Source of the DNA: Chiloscyllium plagiosum
Lineage: Eukaryota
Length of the DNA: 20,000 nt
Assembly (NCBI RefSeq): GCF_004010195.1
Contig: NC_057750.1
Span: 15,580,619 to 15,600,618, forward strand
Direction: 5' to 3'
Below the pieces are notes generated by a model. It searched no databases. It saw nothing but the letters and a program-made list of their open reading frames with translations, and was not told the DNA's origin. Position 1 is the stretch's first letter. Every line of letters starts with the position of its first letter. Positions 1-12,245 of this stretch are shown in pieces. The translations under genes and the position numbers were made by a program.

Positions 1-401
1 ATACGGACATGGGTTGAATTTATCATCTTTACTGTGAAAATCCGATTTCTAACTTTTACTCCAACATTTAGTAGCTGAGCCTAAAGGTTAATCTCCAGGA
101 AGTGGCTCCTTTTTATTTTCCCTGAAATGTTCTGTCTGCTGTCTTCCCCTCAACCCCCATAGTCCCATCCTTTTAAAAGTACTGTGTCCTTGCTTTTCTA
201 CCACCCTCTTGAATGATGTAGTGTCTTGTCCAGTTATTTCAAAATGTTTCTCAGGTGGTTTACTACATTCAGGCTTCACATGCAAGTCGTTTTGGTTTGT
301 ATGAGCTATTTTTGGTGTGATAGTCTAAGTTTTGATTCCAAACTGTTTGGAGAAATGTTTGTTTGTTTATACCTGATCTTTTCTTTTTTTTTGTTTTACA
401 G

Positions 402-544
402 TTAGCAGTAGTATGCTGCGAGGTACCTCCATTCAAGAAGCTGCCCTCATTCAGCAATGGATTAACTTTGCTGAAAGTGAACTCATCCCTCCAACTGCAA
501 CTTGGCTTTTTCCAACTTCAGGTACCAGGAAATTAAACAAGCAG
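402..544 (+). CDS. eef1g: EEF1G-like gene, coding exon equivalent to exon 4 (GST-like domain, start of helical C-terminal subdomain)
   Basis: Polypyrimidine tract + CAG (399-401) acceptor; donor CAG|GTAAAT at 545; 143 nt, phase 1 to 0. Encodes xSSSMLRGTSIQEAALIQQWINFAESELIPPTATWLFPTSGTRKLNKQ, colinear with EEF1G [48 protein letters not shown]. Confidence 0.95.
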
Positions 545-754
545 GTAAATTTCCTAATTGGTAAAAAGGCTTTAAATATCTGTTCTGATTTGATCAGATT
601 CACCTGCTTGCAGTTTAGTAAACAAACATCACCTATTCTCGTGGTTTCCAGGCCTGCAGATTTTTGAATACCAAATGTTGACCTCATTCGTGAGGTTAGG
701 AACTCTGTAGCAAGTAATTTGCCTTTTACCCAAAGCCTATCCCATCATTTATAA

Positions 755-1130
755 GTCATCAGTCAGGAGTGTGATGGACTGCTCTTCACTTGTCTGGATG
801 AGTACAGCCTCCAACAACACTCAAGAAGTTCGACACCATGTAGAACAAATCAGCTCACTTGGTTAGCCCATTATTCATTGTGTTCACTTGCAATCTGCAG
901 GATGCACTGCAATGACTCACCAGGGGTCCTTCCAAACCCATGACTGCATCTACCTTTTTGAAGGCCAAGGGCAGCAGGTACATGGTGGAGTTCCTCTCTA
1001 AGAAACTCATCATTGTGACTTGGAAATATATCACCCTTCCTCTGGTGTTTCTGGGTCAGAAATCTAGCATTTTGTCCCTAATGGTATTGTGGGTCAATAT
1101 TAACAACAGATTTCAGCAATTCGAGAAGGA
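755..1130 (+). mobile_element. Decayed non-LTR retrotransposon (CR1/L2-group LINE), 3' part
   Basis: AGTCAGGAGTGTGATGGACTGCTCTTCACTTGTCTGGATGAGTACAGC...ACACTCAAGAAGTTCGACACCAT gives a VRSVMDCSSLVWMS..TLKKFDT-like RT C-terminal peptide with stops and frameshifts. Confidence 0.7.
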
Positions 1131-1486
1131 CCCTTTAGTTTCCTTCTCTTTAACCCAATGTGTGTAACCTAGGAAACTGGCATTGTTGGGACTCCAGAAG
1201 AATTTTGGATGTTTTGAAAGCAATTTGTACCGACTTTCTACCAGTTCTCAGCCGAGGGTGGATGGCTGAGCTCAAGCTTTCCAAGAGAGTCTTAGTTTTA
1301 ATCTGCTGCATACCTTCATATACCTGAAATATCAAATCATGCATCTATACTGAATGGGCCTGCTGTACTTCATGTTTCTCTTATTTTGAATATATTTTGG
1401 GGCTGTGTTTTGCACTGATTAGTTGAGCTCCCAGAATAACACACTTTTTTTGCTTGTTAGTTCTTTCTTCCTGCACACCACTACCA

Positions 1487-1508
1487 CCCCCCCCCCCCCC
1501 CCCCCCCC
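1487..1508. repeat. Poly(C) homopolymer, 22 nt
   Basis: Direct reading of the sequence. Confidence 0.95.
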
Positions 1509-1899
1509 AACAAATAAACACACATGACTCTGGGTGCAGAATACTTCTGGGATTCACACCTGCTAAGAATTGCCTTTTGAAATGCTGACTCCTAAGTGGC
1601 AGCCCACCCTTCCTGCTGTCTGTGGGAATGTGAAACTGTCCACTAAATTAATGTTCAAGGGACAGCTCTGACCTTCAGTGAGCTTCAAACAGTTGTTTAA
1701 ACGACGACTCTTGCACTGCAACAGGAAATGTAATTCTTTCACGTTAAACTTGTCATGAAACTGACTGACTCCTTTCCTTTGACCACTGAAAGCTTTGCTT
1801 CTTTTTAAGAAAGCAGACTTGACTTAGTACTTTCCTGACTGTGTATTTCATTATTTGAAAACTGGTTTTGTAATCGCTAATGTAGATTTATATCTTTTT

Positions 1900-2592
1900 T
1901 AGAGTAGGAATAGACCATTCAGCCCATCCATCTTGTCTTCTCATTTTGAGAGATTGTGGCTGACCTTATTTTGCCCTCACTCCACTTTCCTACTTGTCCC
2001 ATAAGACTTTTTGTAGATCAAAAATCTCTCTAACTTGGCCTTGAATGTATTCAATGACCTAATGTTCACTGCTCCCTGGAGGAAGAGAATTTCAGACTAT
2101 AGACTCTCAAAATACTATTATTTTGAAACCATTCTAGATTTTTCTTTTTCCCTCTGCACTTACTCCACCAAGCAACCTCTGAATTTGGTCTTTCAATAAG
2201 ATCACCTCTCATTCTCTTTAAACTTCAAGCTCCTCGTTGTAGTAGTCAATCACATGGAATTTCACCGCACAGTTCCAATGCAGGTTTATCCTTCCTTAAG
2301 ACCAAATAGTACTCTGGATGGGGTTCACCCAGCTCCTGAACAGCTGTGGCATGACTTGCCTACTCTAATACTGCAGTCTCTTTGTAATTAAGGCTAGCAT
2401 TCTGTTTGTTTGCTTTCCATTTTTATTTACTGTACCTGCATGTTGACTTCTGTATATAAAGTCCCCCAGCTGCTGGTATTTTGCAGCTTCTCTCCAGTTT
2501 ATATTTTTCAGTTTGTCCAACCAAAGCTCACCTTTTTTTCACATTATCTTTTTGTTTTTCCAAGCTTTTGCCCATTCGATTAACCTGTCTTG
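1900..2592 (-). mobile_element. Decayed CR1-type LINE, 3' portion, minus strand
   Basis: The reverse complement contains DRLIEWAKAW (about 2560-2590), an RMRGDLIE motif (about 2190-2215) and a CR1-like 3' tail near 1900-1930. Confidence 0.75.
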
Positions 2593-2594
2593 GA

Positions 2595-3575
2595 TCAATG
2601 GCAGTGCGATGGAAGAAGGCAGTGTGGGGATAAAGAGGTACTTTTTAGAATGGCAGTTAGTGACTAATGGATTTCCACAGGGGTCAGTGTTAGGACCATA
2701 ACTATTCACATCACACATTAATGATCTGGATGAAGAACATAAGGGCATTGATGCTAAGTTTGCAGATGCTAAGGTGGAGGGACAGGAAGGCTGTAGGCGG
2801 ATTTGGGCAGGCTAGGAAAGTGAGCAAAGAAATAGCAGAATATGATGTGGGCTGTGATTAGGCTGTGCATGAGGGAAGAATCAAGGTACAGACAATTTTT
2901 AAAATGGGGAAAGGCTTTGGAAATCTGAAGCACGAAAGGATTCTGTTAAAGTTATTGTGAACATTCAGTTGGCAGTTCAGAAGGCAAATGTAACATTCAT
3001 TTCAAGAGAACTAGCAATCAAGAGCAGAGGTGCACTGAAGCTGTATAAGGCTCTGGTCAGACTGCATTTGGAATATTGCAAGCAGTTTTGGGCCCTCTCT
3101 TTAAGAAAGGAATGTACTGGTGTTGGAGGGGTTCCAGATGAAGTTTACAAGAATGAACCTATGAATGAAAGGGGTGTCATGAACGATGGTTGAGGTTTGT
3201 CGGTCTGTATTTGGAGCTTAGAAGGATGAGGGATGATCTGATTTAAAGTTTACAGAATACCAAGAAGCGTGGGCACAGCAGATGTGGAGAAGATGTTTCC
3301 AGTAGTAGGAGAGACAATGACCCAAGCCTCTGAAGGGATGACCCTTTTAGAACTGAGATGAGGAATTTCTTCAGCCAGAGGGTGGTTAATCTGTGGAACT
3401 CATTGCTGCAGAGGGCTGTGGAGGCCAAGTCCTTGAGTGTATTTAAGACAAACTTGCCCTTGATAAGGGGGATCAAAGGTTATCAGGAGAATGGGCTGAG
3501 AAATGCAGCAGCCATGATCAAATGGCAAAGCAGATTCAATAGGCTGGTCCAATTCTGCTTCTGTATTTTAGGGTT
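2595..3575 (+). mobile_element. Decayed CR1-type LINE, RT domain to 3' end
   Basis: Peptides WQLVTNGFPQGSVLGP, INDLDE..AKFAD, LYKALVRLHLEYCKQFWA and RNFFSQRVVNLWNSL occur in order, broken by frameshifts and stops. Confidence 0.92.
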
Positions 3576-4084
3576 TGATGAACAGACTTTTTTCTTTTTT
3601 TAATGTTAATTTGAGGGATAATATTGGCCAGGCCAGCAGGGATTTCTTCCTTAACTGATGTTTGAAATAGTGCCTGAAGTCATTTGCATTCTCTTGAGCA
3701 GGCAGGTTCTTAAAATTGGTATCCCTCTCAGTTAGACTGCACTCTGTCTCCATATCCCCTTTTATGGAAGCGAAATTTGCCATCATTTCCCATTCAGCTA
3801 TATGGGACTTGAGCCATACTCTCAATTATAAATATGGGAGTACTTCTGGCTGTGCCACAATGGGAATGATTAATAAATAAATTGACCAATTTTTTTTTTT
3901 TTGTTTCAAATGTTGCTGAAAGCTGGTTATCGTCCCTCTCCCACACACCCTTTTAATTCCTGTGGGACAGTTCCCACTTGTGCACCATGTAGGACAGAAC
4001 CAAATATTGAATCATCTTAATAGTCAATCTGTATCTGTCAGCGATGTGCACATTGGAACAGAATCATGAACAGGAGGTGTACTA

Positions 4085-4995
4085 CAGATTAGTGCTAGGT
4101 CTCTTTTTTTATTTGATATTCATAAATTATACTAACTGGGATACAGGGTGGGGGATAAGTCTGCAGATGACCCCAAGATTCGCTGGGTGGTTTGATTGTG
4201 TGGAGAAAGGTGTTAAGTTACAGGAAGATATAGACTGACTGGTCAGTTGAGCAGGTCACTGACAAATGGAATTTAATCTTTATAAAGTGATGCACTTTGG
4301 AAGAAGGAACCAGGTCAATGAATGTCAGATAGGAGGAAGCTCAGGAACAGAGGAATCTTGGGGTACTTGTCCACAAATACCTGAAGGTGGCAGGCCATTT
4401 AGTAAGGTAGTTAAGGCATGTGGAACATTTTCAGTCATGGTATAAACTATAAGACTAGGGAGGTCTTGTTGGAGCTGTGCAGAACTTTGGCTCGGCTACA
4501 GTTGGAATACTGTGTGTAATTCTGGTTGCTGCACTGTAGGAAAAATGTGATTGCACCCCCTCCAGTGTAGAGGAGATTCACCAGGATGTTTCCTGCGATG
4601 GAGCACTTCAGCTGCGCGGAGAAGCTAAATATGCTCTGTTTTCTTTTAGAGCAGTGAAGGTGGGGGCGGGGGGAACCTGATAAAGGTTTATAAGGTATCA
4701 AAGGCATGGATAAGGTGAATAGAAAACAGCTGACACCATTAGTCAAAAGATTGCTAACAAGGCAATAATTTTAATAAGTAGAAAGGTTAGGGGCTTTGAG
4801 AGGGGAAAATGTTCCCCTCCAGGGTGTGTTAGGGTTTGGAATGTACTGCCTGGGTGGGTAGTTGAGACAGTCAGCCTAGCAACCTTTTTAATAAAAGTAC
4901 TTGGATGAACATCTTGAAGTGACACCTCATTGACAGGTGTGGACCGAACTTGGGAAAGTAGGACTAGTATAGATAGTTGTAAGATGGGCTGAAGT
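4085..4995 (+). mobile_element. Decayed CR1-type LINE, RT domain to 3' end
   Basis: VLGLFF..LIFIN, an ADD motif, LQEDID, RTLARLQLEYCVxFW and RRFTRMFP remnants, with a 3' tail resembling GATGGGCTGAAG. Confidence 0.85.
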
Positions 4996-6134
4996 GTGTG
5001 CTTGTGTTCACATGTCAGCCACATTGGGCAAGGACAACACATTTCTTTTTCCAAAAATCATTTGTGAACCAGGTGAGCTTCGTCTATTCTGCCTGACCTG
5101 CCGTGCTTTTCCAGCATTGTACTAATATCAATATCCCCTTTCAGATCAACATTCCAGTATTGAGGCAATCATCAGACACTTTTGTGATGGGCATGAAGCC
5201 TATACATCATCCTCACACAGTTGTGTTCAGGGCTACAGAGTCTCTCAAACAGTAATGTTATAGAAATGTGACAACATAGTGCATTGTCACCTTTTTTTTC
5301 TGAACCAGTGGCAATTCAAAATTAGCCATAAAGCAAGCAGCTATCTGCTCTCCTGTGATTTACAGGAAGCCTTTTTGTAAAATTCTCCCAAATCCACAGT
5401 GAACTTTCAACTGCCTATTTCTTAAAAAAAAAACTACCAGCATTTCAATAAAATAAATTAACTTTTTTCACCAATCTTTCAAACTTATTCCTTCAAGCAA
5501 CTTCACATTTTAAGTGTTTTCATACAAATGTTTGTTTGAAATTCAAACTTGGCACTACTTCTCAGTTAGTACCTGTCCCCTTTTTTTAATTTTAATGACA
5601 TCCTCAAAACTGATATAGGTTTTTATCCTAAGAGCCACTTTTCTCCTCAATATGTTGACAGTGCAATTTTGGCATAAGCACACTGTTTTGATTTTGTTGA
5701 GCTGGTCTCGGCAGGCCTATACTGAAATGTTATGAGAGAATTGTTGGTTCTGTTTTCGCTGCCCGGGATTGGTCACACCAGAGACTTAAATATTCTTCAT
5801 GGCTTCCTTGCTTTTATACTTTGCCTCTTTTATAACCTTTTTTAAACTGCCTTGCTGCCTTCAATAATGCATGAGCACATAGTTACTATCTTGGTTCCTA
5901 GTCTCTCACCCACATTAGAATTATTTCCTTATTTTCTTGCTTCCTTTTGCTCTTCCTGTTAAAATGTTTAACTTTTGTCAAACTCCTCTGCATAAAATTA
6001 CATTGTCTCAACATTTTCTCAGTTGATCATTGGACTTTTGCAGTCTACCATTAACCTCTGCAATTCAGAAACAGAGGTTGTGTCCCATACATGGAAGGCT
6101 GAGTAATGTATCAACATGTAATCTTATTCTGCAG

Positions 6135-6278
6135 GTTGTCGAGCATGCTAAAACAGACATAAAGAAGGCATTGCTTTTGCTGAATGATCACCTCCATAAC
6201 CGGACGTATCTGGTTGGTGAGCACATCACGCTAGCTGATATCACATTGGTGTGTGCAATGCTGGGACTTTATAAACAA
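6135..6278 (+). CDS. eef1g: EEF1G-like gene, exon 5 equivalent (GST C-terminal domain)
   Basis: Acceptor ttctgcag| and donor CAA|GTAAGG; 144 nt, phase 0 to 0. Encodes [48 protein letters not shown] with the GST-C motif RTYLVGExITLADI. Confidence 0.96.
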
Positions 6279-6589
6279 GTAAGGAATGGTTTGCTATCTA
6301 CTAACATGATCTTAAATTCCCTCCTGCCAACTGTTTTATAATTGCATTCATTGAAGTATATAGGAGACCCTCCAGGGCATCTTCCATATGTTCCACTATG
6401 TTAATGGGGGAATTGCGTCTAAGTTGCTTAATGTTGCATTTGTTAATTCAGTTTACCTAATTTATGTTCTCTAGTCATTTTGGGATACTTTGAGTTAACT
6501 AAACTGAAAATAGGATTTCTCTAAACTTCCTTTGTTTGAACCTCTCCCTTATTGTATATGTTACCTTGCAACCACTTTCTCCCATTTAG

Positions 6590-7650
6590 CACTGTGACAT
6601 TGCAGACTGCAAGCAGATGTAGCAGTTAAAGATTGGGCATCCATGAGGCAATGTGGGCCATCACCAGCAACAGAATTGAACCCCACCAGAATTGTAACCT
6701 CATAGCTTGCCATATCTCCTGTTCAACTACTACCATTTAAGCCAAGAGATCAACAACCTTGTTCAATGGAGAGTGCAGGAGGGCATGCCAGGAACAGTGC
6801 CAAGCATACCTAAAAATATCAGTCAGTTGAAGCTACCAAACCAGACTACTTGCCTGCCAAACAGCATAAGCAGCAAGCGATAGACAGAGCCAAATGATTC
6901 CGTAACCAACAGATCAGATCTAAACTCTAGTCCTGCCGCATCAAGTCGTGAATGGCGGTGGACAATTAAACAGCCCACTGGAGGAGAAGGCTCCACCAAT
7001 ATCCCTGTCCTCCATGAGGGAAGAGCCCAGCACATCAGTACCAAAGATGAAGTTGAAACAATCGCCACATCCAAGAGGATGATCCATCTAGGCTGCCTCC
7101 AGTGGTCTCCAGCATTATAGATACCAGTCTTCAGTCAATTCAATTCACAGATCAAGAAACAGTTGAAGACACTGGATAGCAATGACTATGGGCTTGGACA
7201 ATATTTCGGCAATAGTACTGTGGATTTGTGCTCCAGAACGTGTTCAGCAATAGCTTCCTCAGTGATTCCTGGTTTGGGTTCTCCAGCTCCTGACCTAACT
7301 TCACCCTTGAGTCAAATGTGGATGAAAGAGCTCAATTTCAGAGGTGAGGTGACTGTCTGACAGTCCTTGATATCGAGGGTGCTTTCGACCAAGTGTGGCA
7401 GCAAGGTGCCCTAGCAAGACTGGCATCATGGGCATTGGGGACATTCTCTGGTGGTTAGTCATATCTGACACAGGAAGATGGTTGTGGTTGATGGAGGTCA
7501 GTTATCTATGCTCCAGGTCAACCCTGAGTTCATCAGGGTAGTGTCCTAAGCCAAATTATCTTCAACTTCATCAAAATCTTCTCTTGTCATTAAGGTCAGA
7601 AATAGGGATGTTTGCCAATGTTCAGCACCATTTGTGACGACTCAAATGCC
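6590..7650 (+). mobile_element. Decayed CR1/L2-group LINE, internal ORF2/RT fragment (probably the same family as 755-1130)
   Basis: LDIEGAFDQVWQQGALARL (about 7365-7420), QGSVLSQIIF (about 7533-7563) and GMFAN (degenerate FADD, about 7605-7620). Confidence 0.85.
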
Positions 7651-9249
7651 TCTGAAAAAGGAAACTGCTGATTCGACAAGGAGTTATCGGTTTTGCTGTA
7701 TTGAGATGATTTACCTACAAGTGGTGGAAACAACACTTTTTTTTTTTGGCAATAGTAGCTAGAAAGTGCTTCTAGGTTCTCTTCCCAAGTGCAAGATGGT
7801 TGTTGGATGTCAGACCTGACTACATTTTTAATAACCAAAATATTCCAGCTCAAATGGTGGCAGAAGTGGACAGTGGGGTAACCTTTTTTCAGAGCTGTAC
7901 TATAGACTGGAGCCAAGTTGTAATGTTGGAAGGTAATTGTTTGGAGATGCCATAGCAATGTTTGTTTGCTGTCCAACTCTACCTTGATTGTAAATCATGG
8001 CTGACACTTTCCCAACTATCCTAACTTTAACTCTCAAATCCTGGTGTCTGCTTTTACTGAGGGTGTGAGAAGTGGCTTTAGGAGTGTTGTGCTGTCCTAT
8101 CCTTGAATGCTGTCATTTAATAACTCCTCTTCATTCAATCACTTTCCAGTCCATTTTCTATGTGCTGACTATGCAGGAATCTTTACTTCTCACACTTTTT
8201 CCCCTTGATGTAGTACAGTGGATTCCCCACCCTAGTGTCTCTACTGTTGAGCAATGGACTGTATTCATGACATTTGTGGGTGACTATCAAAGATCAGTTG
8301 ACCTTGCATTTCCCAGCCCAATCTTAGAATAATTAGGAATGTCTGATTTGCTCCCAGTGTATCTTTTTTGATATTCCAATTCCTCCTTTTTTTGATGCCA
8401 GATCTTGCCTATTCCACAAGTTGTGCCATGCAGAAGTGTCTTTGGCACCTCTAGAACTAATCTTGATTTTGATCAAATCCTCAAAGTGCTTTGGGATATT
8501 AGGAAAACTGACTCCGATGCATTGATTCCTCTTTTAGACATATTGAAGATTTCCTTTGTCACATTCTAGGAATGCAAATTTTGAATTTCCCACCTGCCTA
8601 AGTGCAAAGCTCCCTAGTTTCTAACTTATACAGAAACTCATGGGTACAAATAGGGTCTTCTCTATTTGGATTCTATGCTGGTGCACCAAAGTTATGCCTA
8701 AATTCTTTTTTGTATTGAATTCAAATGGAATCTATTTGAAGTGTAGGTGTCAATTTTTACTACTTTTTAAATCCAGATTTTGATTTTTAGCTGTTTCAGA
8801 TGCCAAGTTGATTTTTAAAGCAACATTCCATCCAGTCTTTCCTACGGAAGATGTCCTATACATAACCTTTTAGTTCCTCCTTTTAACCAGAAAGGGAACT
8901 CTAGACTATCCCAGTATTAAATAGCTGAATGCACATTTAGCTACTCCAGAGTTTATCACTTGTCAAAACACTGCGCAGTATTACAGTCTGAAACTATTAT
9001 CTTTCTCCACTGGTTTGACAAGTTGAATATTTATTGGTGTTGAGCTCCACTGTAAGCTTTTCTTTTCAAGCCAGCTCTAGAGTTTTAAATATTTATGTAT
9101 TTGATTTACCTCACTTTGTCAGAATTGTTTCCTCCCAGGTTTGTGTGAAGTCCTATAATCTTGTTGTGGAGAAGTGGTGTGTACTTTTTGTTTTTGTTTT
9201 CTTTAAATTCTGTGGTATACAGTGAAGGAGCCGTAATATGCTGGGAAAT

Positions 9250-9570
9250 TGCTTGCAGAGAGTTCCTAGCTGTCGATCAGTACTGCAATTTTGAATGCTT
9301 ATGGCTTAAAGGTAAGTGGGGAGAATAGAGGGCAGACCACTGAGGACTACAGTGGTAATAAGCCAGAGGATGTGAGCAACGTTCTAAAATTGTCAGAATT
9401 CACTCAAGGAGCAATGAGTTTAGAAATCTGGGAAGATTGTGGTTATACTTGGAGGACTTAAAATATTCTGAGGAGAAGGAGTGATTTTTGGTAGGAGCTA
9501 AGTCCCCAGGGTTGGATGAAATTTATTCCAGGCTGTTGAGTGATGCAGGGGAGGAAATGGCAGGGGATCT
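9250..9570 (+). mobile_element. CR1-type LINE internal fragment
   Basis: KSPGLDEIYSRLLSDAGEEMAGDL (about 9500-9572) matches the CR1 ORF2 motif KSPGPDxIYPRLLREAxEEIA. Confidence 0.8.
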
Positions 9571-9572
9571 TG

Positions 9573-10077
9573 TGTTATGAAGATGTGGGTGTACTTTGAG
9601 TTAAACTTAGCCGAAATATCGGACACAGCAGTGTTCTCAATAAGGCAACAATGCAACACTTTGTCGAATAACTCGATTAGCTCATTGGCTGAATTTTGAA
9701 TTTGTTTTTGTTTCCAGGCAATCTGTTTAAATTATACCCAAAAAAATACCAAACTCCAATCCAGTTTGACAATCTTAAAAGCCAATATACTCCATTTCAA
9801 TGATACCCTCCCAAAGCATCGGACTGTATAAGACTGGGGGAAATTGAACAGTTGAGAGAGGAGAACTGGCAAACTCATCATTTTAACAGCCTGAAAATAG
9901 TGCTCTTAAAAGTATCTTTTTGATCAGAACCTGTGACACAAGCATTTCCTAAGAAGAAAATACACAGGAAAATCCGAATAGAAGAATGAAAGCTGCCTGG
10001 TTTTGATGAGTGGTTTTGTAAATCTTGATTGGGAGTTTTATTGGACTAGTATAATAAAAGAGAAGGTATATATGACA
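9573..10077. mobile_element. Possible solo-LTR-like repeat interrupting the CR1 fragment
   Basis: CR1 similarity stops abruptly at TGTTATGA (9573). About 500 nt later come AATAAA and a TATGACA end (TG...CA termini with short imperfect inversion). No target-site duplication seen. Confidence 0.3.
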
Positions 10078-10387
10078 AACAGCAAGAAGCCTGAGCACCT
10101 TCTGTGACCCTCACATGCTGGAGTGGAACTGCAAGTCTGAACTTCTGGCTCAGACAGGGGTGCTACCTACTGCAACATAAAACCTAAGGGCAATGTTTTG
10201 AGAGGTTGGTCTTGGTTGGCTTTGTTTGTGAAGCTTTGACCAGGATTCTTGTTCTCCTGCACTTTGCAACGGAGATCCCCAAATTGCAAATGTTTGGATT
10301 CCAAGTTGAAGTTTGATAGGCTATTTGACCACAGGGCATCAAAACAATTTGGCTGTATACAATTTAAGCTGCAGAATCAACTACTAT

Positions 10388-10772
10388 TCGGTCCTCTTTT
10401 AGCAGTTTGTTTCAATGGAATGCATTCAGAAGACATTTCTTGAATCATTCCCATTTTTTTCATAATCCTCATTTGGTCTGTTTGCACTCCATCTCCTGTG
10501 CTTTTAGATTGTAAATATTTCCATTCTTTGACTTTTTTTTTCTAACCTGGCCATATCTGTGCCTTCCAAGAGTTAAGACTTGATGCACAGAGTTGGCTAT
10601 TAATGATACACCTTGAAATGTATGTTTTTTTTTTCCCCTCCCTTCTGTATCTCTATAGCATCTGCATAATTTCCTCCCCTAGTTTCCCTTTATCTGGAAG
10701 GAAAGGATTAGTATTAGTCTAACATCAGTATATTAAAACAAAGGTGACCAATATGTGGAGCTGTAATTTAGC
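10388..10772 (+). repeat. Diverged direct repeat, copy 1 (copy 2 at 11865-12245)
   Basis: Colinear shared blocks: TTTTAGCAGTTTGTTT, ATGCATTYAGAA, ATTTCTTGAATCATT, CTGGCCATA, TAAGACTT, TAGCATCTGYATAATT, TTCCCTTT and AAACAAAGRTGACCA. Confidence 0.85.
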
Positions 10773-11053
10773 CTTCACAAAGAGTAGTGGGTCTTGCAAA
10801 ATAGATGTTAATTTGCCTGAATTTTACTTAAAGCAAAACATAGCTTTAAAATATTTCTCAAATGCTGCATTCACCGCATGTCCACTTTCTCAATTCCCAG
10901 ATGGAATTGCTTGGTGATTGGGTGTTAAACTGGATGTAGAATTTAGTAATTGCCTGTGGTTAACTATACAAATTTAAGGACAATAAACCTGGATATTTGC
11001 AGCTTAACTAATGTCTTTGCCAAGGTTGGTGAGTAACAACATTTTCTCTCTAG

Positions 11054-11183
11054 GTTTTGGACCCTTCCCTGCGGGAGAACTACACTGATGTAAACCGTTG
11101 GTTTTTTGCCTGTGTTAATGAGCCTCCATTCCGGAAAGTACTGGGAGAGGTGGTGTTCTGTGAGCCAGTTGCCCAGTGCTCAG
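11054..11183 (+). CDS. eef1g: EEF1G-like gene, exon 6 equivalent (end of GST C-terminal domain)
   Basis: Acceptor ttttctctctag| and donor CAG|GTAAAG; 130 nt, phase 0 to 1. Encodes VLDPSLRENYTDVNRWFFACVNEPPFRKVLGEVVFCEPVAQCS, matching EEF1G [42 protein letters not shown]. Confidence 0.96.
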
Positions 11184-11521
11184 GTAAAGTAGCAACATCT
11201 GCTTCCAACATAGTGCTGGTTGTAATGAGCAGGAGAACCGAGAAATGGATAAATACCTCTCCAACCCCCTCTTTCTCCTCCTCCCCCCCCCCCCAAGCCA
11301 TTCTATTTGTTCAGAATGACTGACTTGGATAAAATCTTGACAGATGTAAGACCATTAGCTTTCATATGCAGTCTGCTTTTAATGGAACTAACTATTCTTA
11401 TCAGTAAATTTTCAGGTATCCAGACCCCTATGAAATGGCACTCCACTCTAAAAGGATAGAGATCAGACTATATAGTACATCCAGACAGATTTGAAAACTT
11501 AAAGCTTTGCTTGACTATAAA

Positions 11522-11672
11522 CCAACAAACTGCAGATGCTGTAAATCAGAAACAAACAGGAAAAGCTCAGCAGGTCTGGCAGCATCTGCGAAGAGAAATC
11601 AGTTAGTGTTTTTGGGTCTGGCTCAGAACTGGAGTTCTGAGGAAGGATCACTGGACCCGCAATGTTTGTTTT
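11522..11672. mobile_element. Penelope-like terminal repeat fragment (short interspersed repeat)
   Basis: ACTGCAGATGCTG...GGAAAAGCTCAGCAGGTCTGGCAGCATCTG...TTCTGAGGAAGG is similar to the copy at 19835-20000. Family assignment is by recall. Confidence 0.6.
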
Positions 11673-11864
11673 GCTTGAATATATTCAGTAAACCGTTTTG
11701 AGTTTGGTGTGCTGGCCTAGTGGGTACTCTACATAAACAGCTAACATGAATAGGCTGGCTGCCTCTACCCCTTTGTCACTTTTTTTCCGACGTGTTATGA
11801 ATTTAAGAAACCCTTCCAAATTTTCCCTGTATTCTACTCATCTTTCTCATATGTTGATTACCGT

Positions 11865-12245
11865 TTGGTCCCCTTTTTTAGCAGTTTGTTTGAGATATGC
11901 ATTTAGAACTCCTAAATTTCTTGAATCATTTTTCTCTTTTTTTTTTCCATGCTGTTCATTGGTCAATTTGTACCTCGTATGTCATTTACTTCCCTCAATA
12001 TTTCTATTCTGCTTTCTGGCATATTCATGTTTTGGTCTGGCCATACTTGACTCCTCTCTTGAGGTAAGACTTAATGCACCATTTGGGTTAGTTAGTATTC
12101 CTAGAGGAAACCCTTCCCAACCACCATTTACTTTTAATATCCCTGTAGCATCTGTATAATTCCCTCTCCTCAGTTCCCTTTGTCATCTAGAAGAACATTG
12201 AAACAAAGATGACCAGATTTGCTGCGGAGTCCAGTAATTTGGAAC
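11865..12245 (+). repeat. Diverged direct repeat, copy 2 (copy 1 at 10388-10772)
   Basis: Same colinear blocks as copy 1. Confidence 0.85.

Noticed and set aside
7596..9225. Short intronic ORFs (126, 86 and 63 aa)
   Set aside because: No recognisable homology or exon signals; consistent with random ORFs in intronic or decayed repeat DNA.
402..11183. Alternative identity as the N-terminal GST-like domain of valyl-tRNA synthetase or a stand-alone GST
   Set aside because: The downstream exons encode the EF1G C-terminal domain in frame and no synthetase exons are present.
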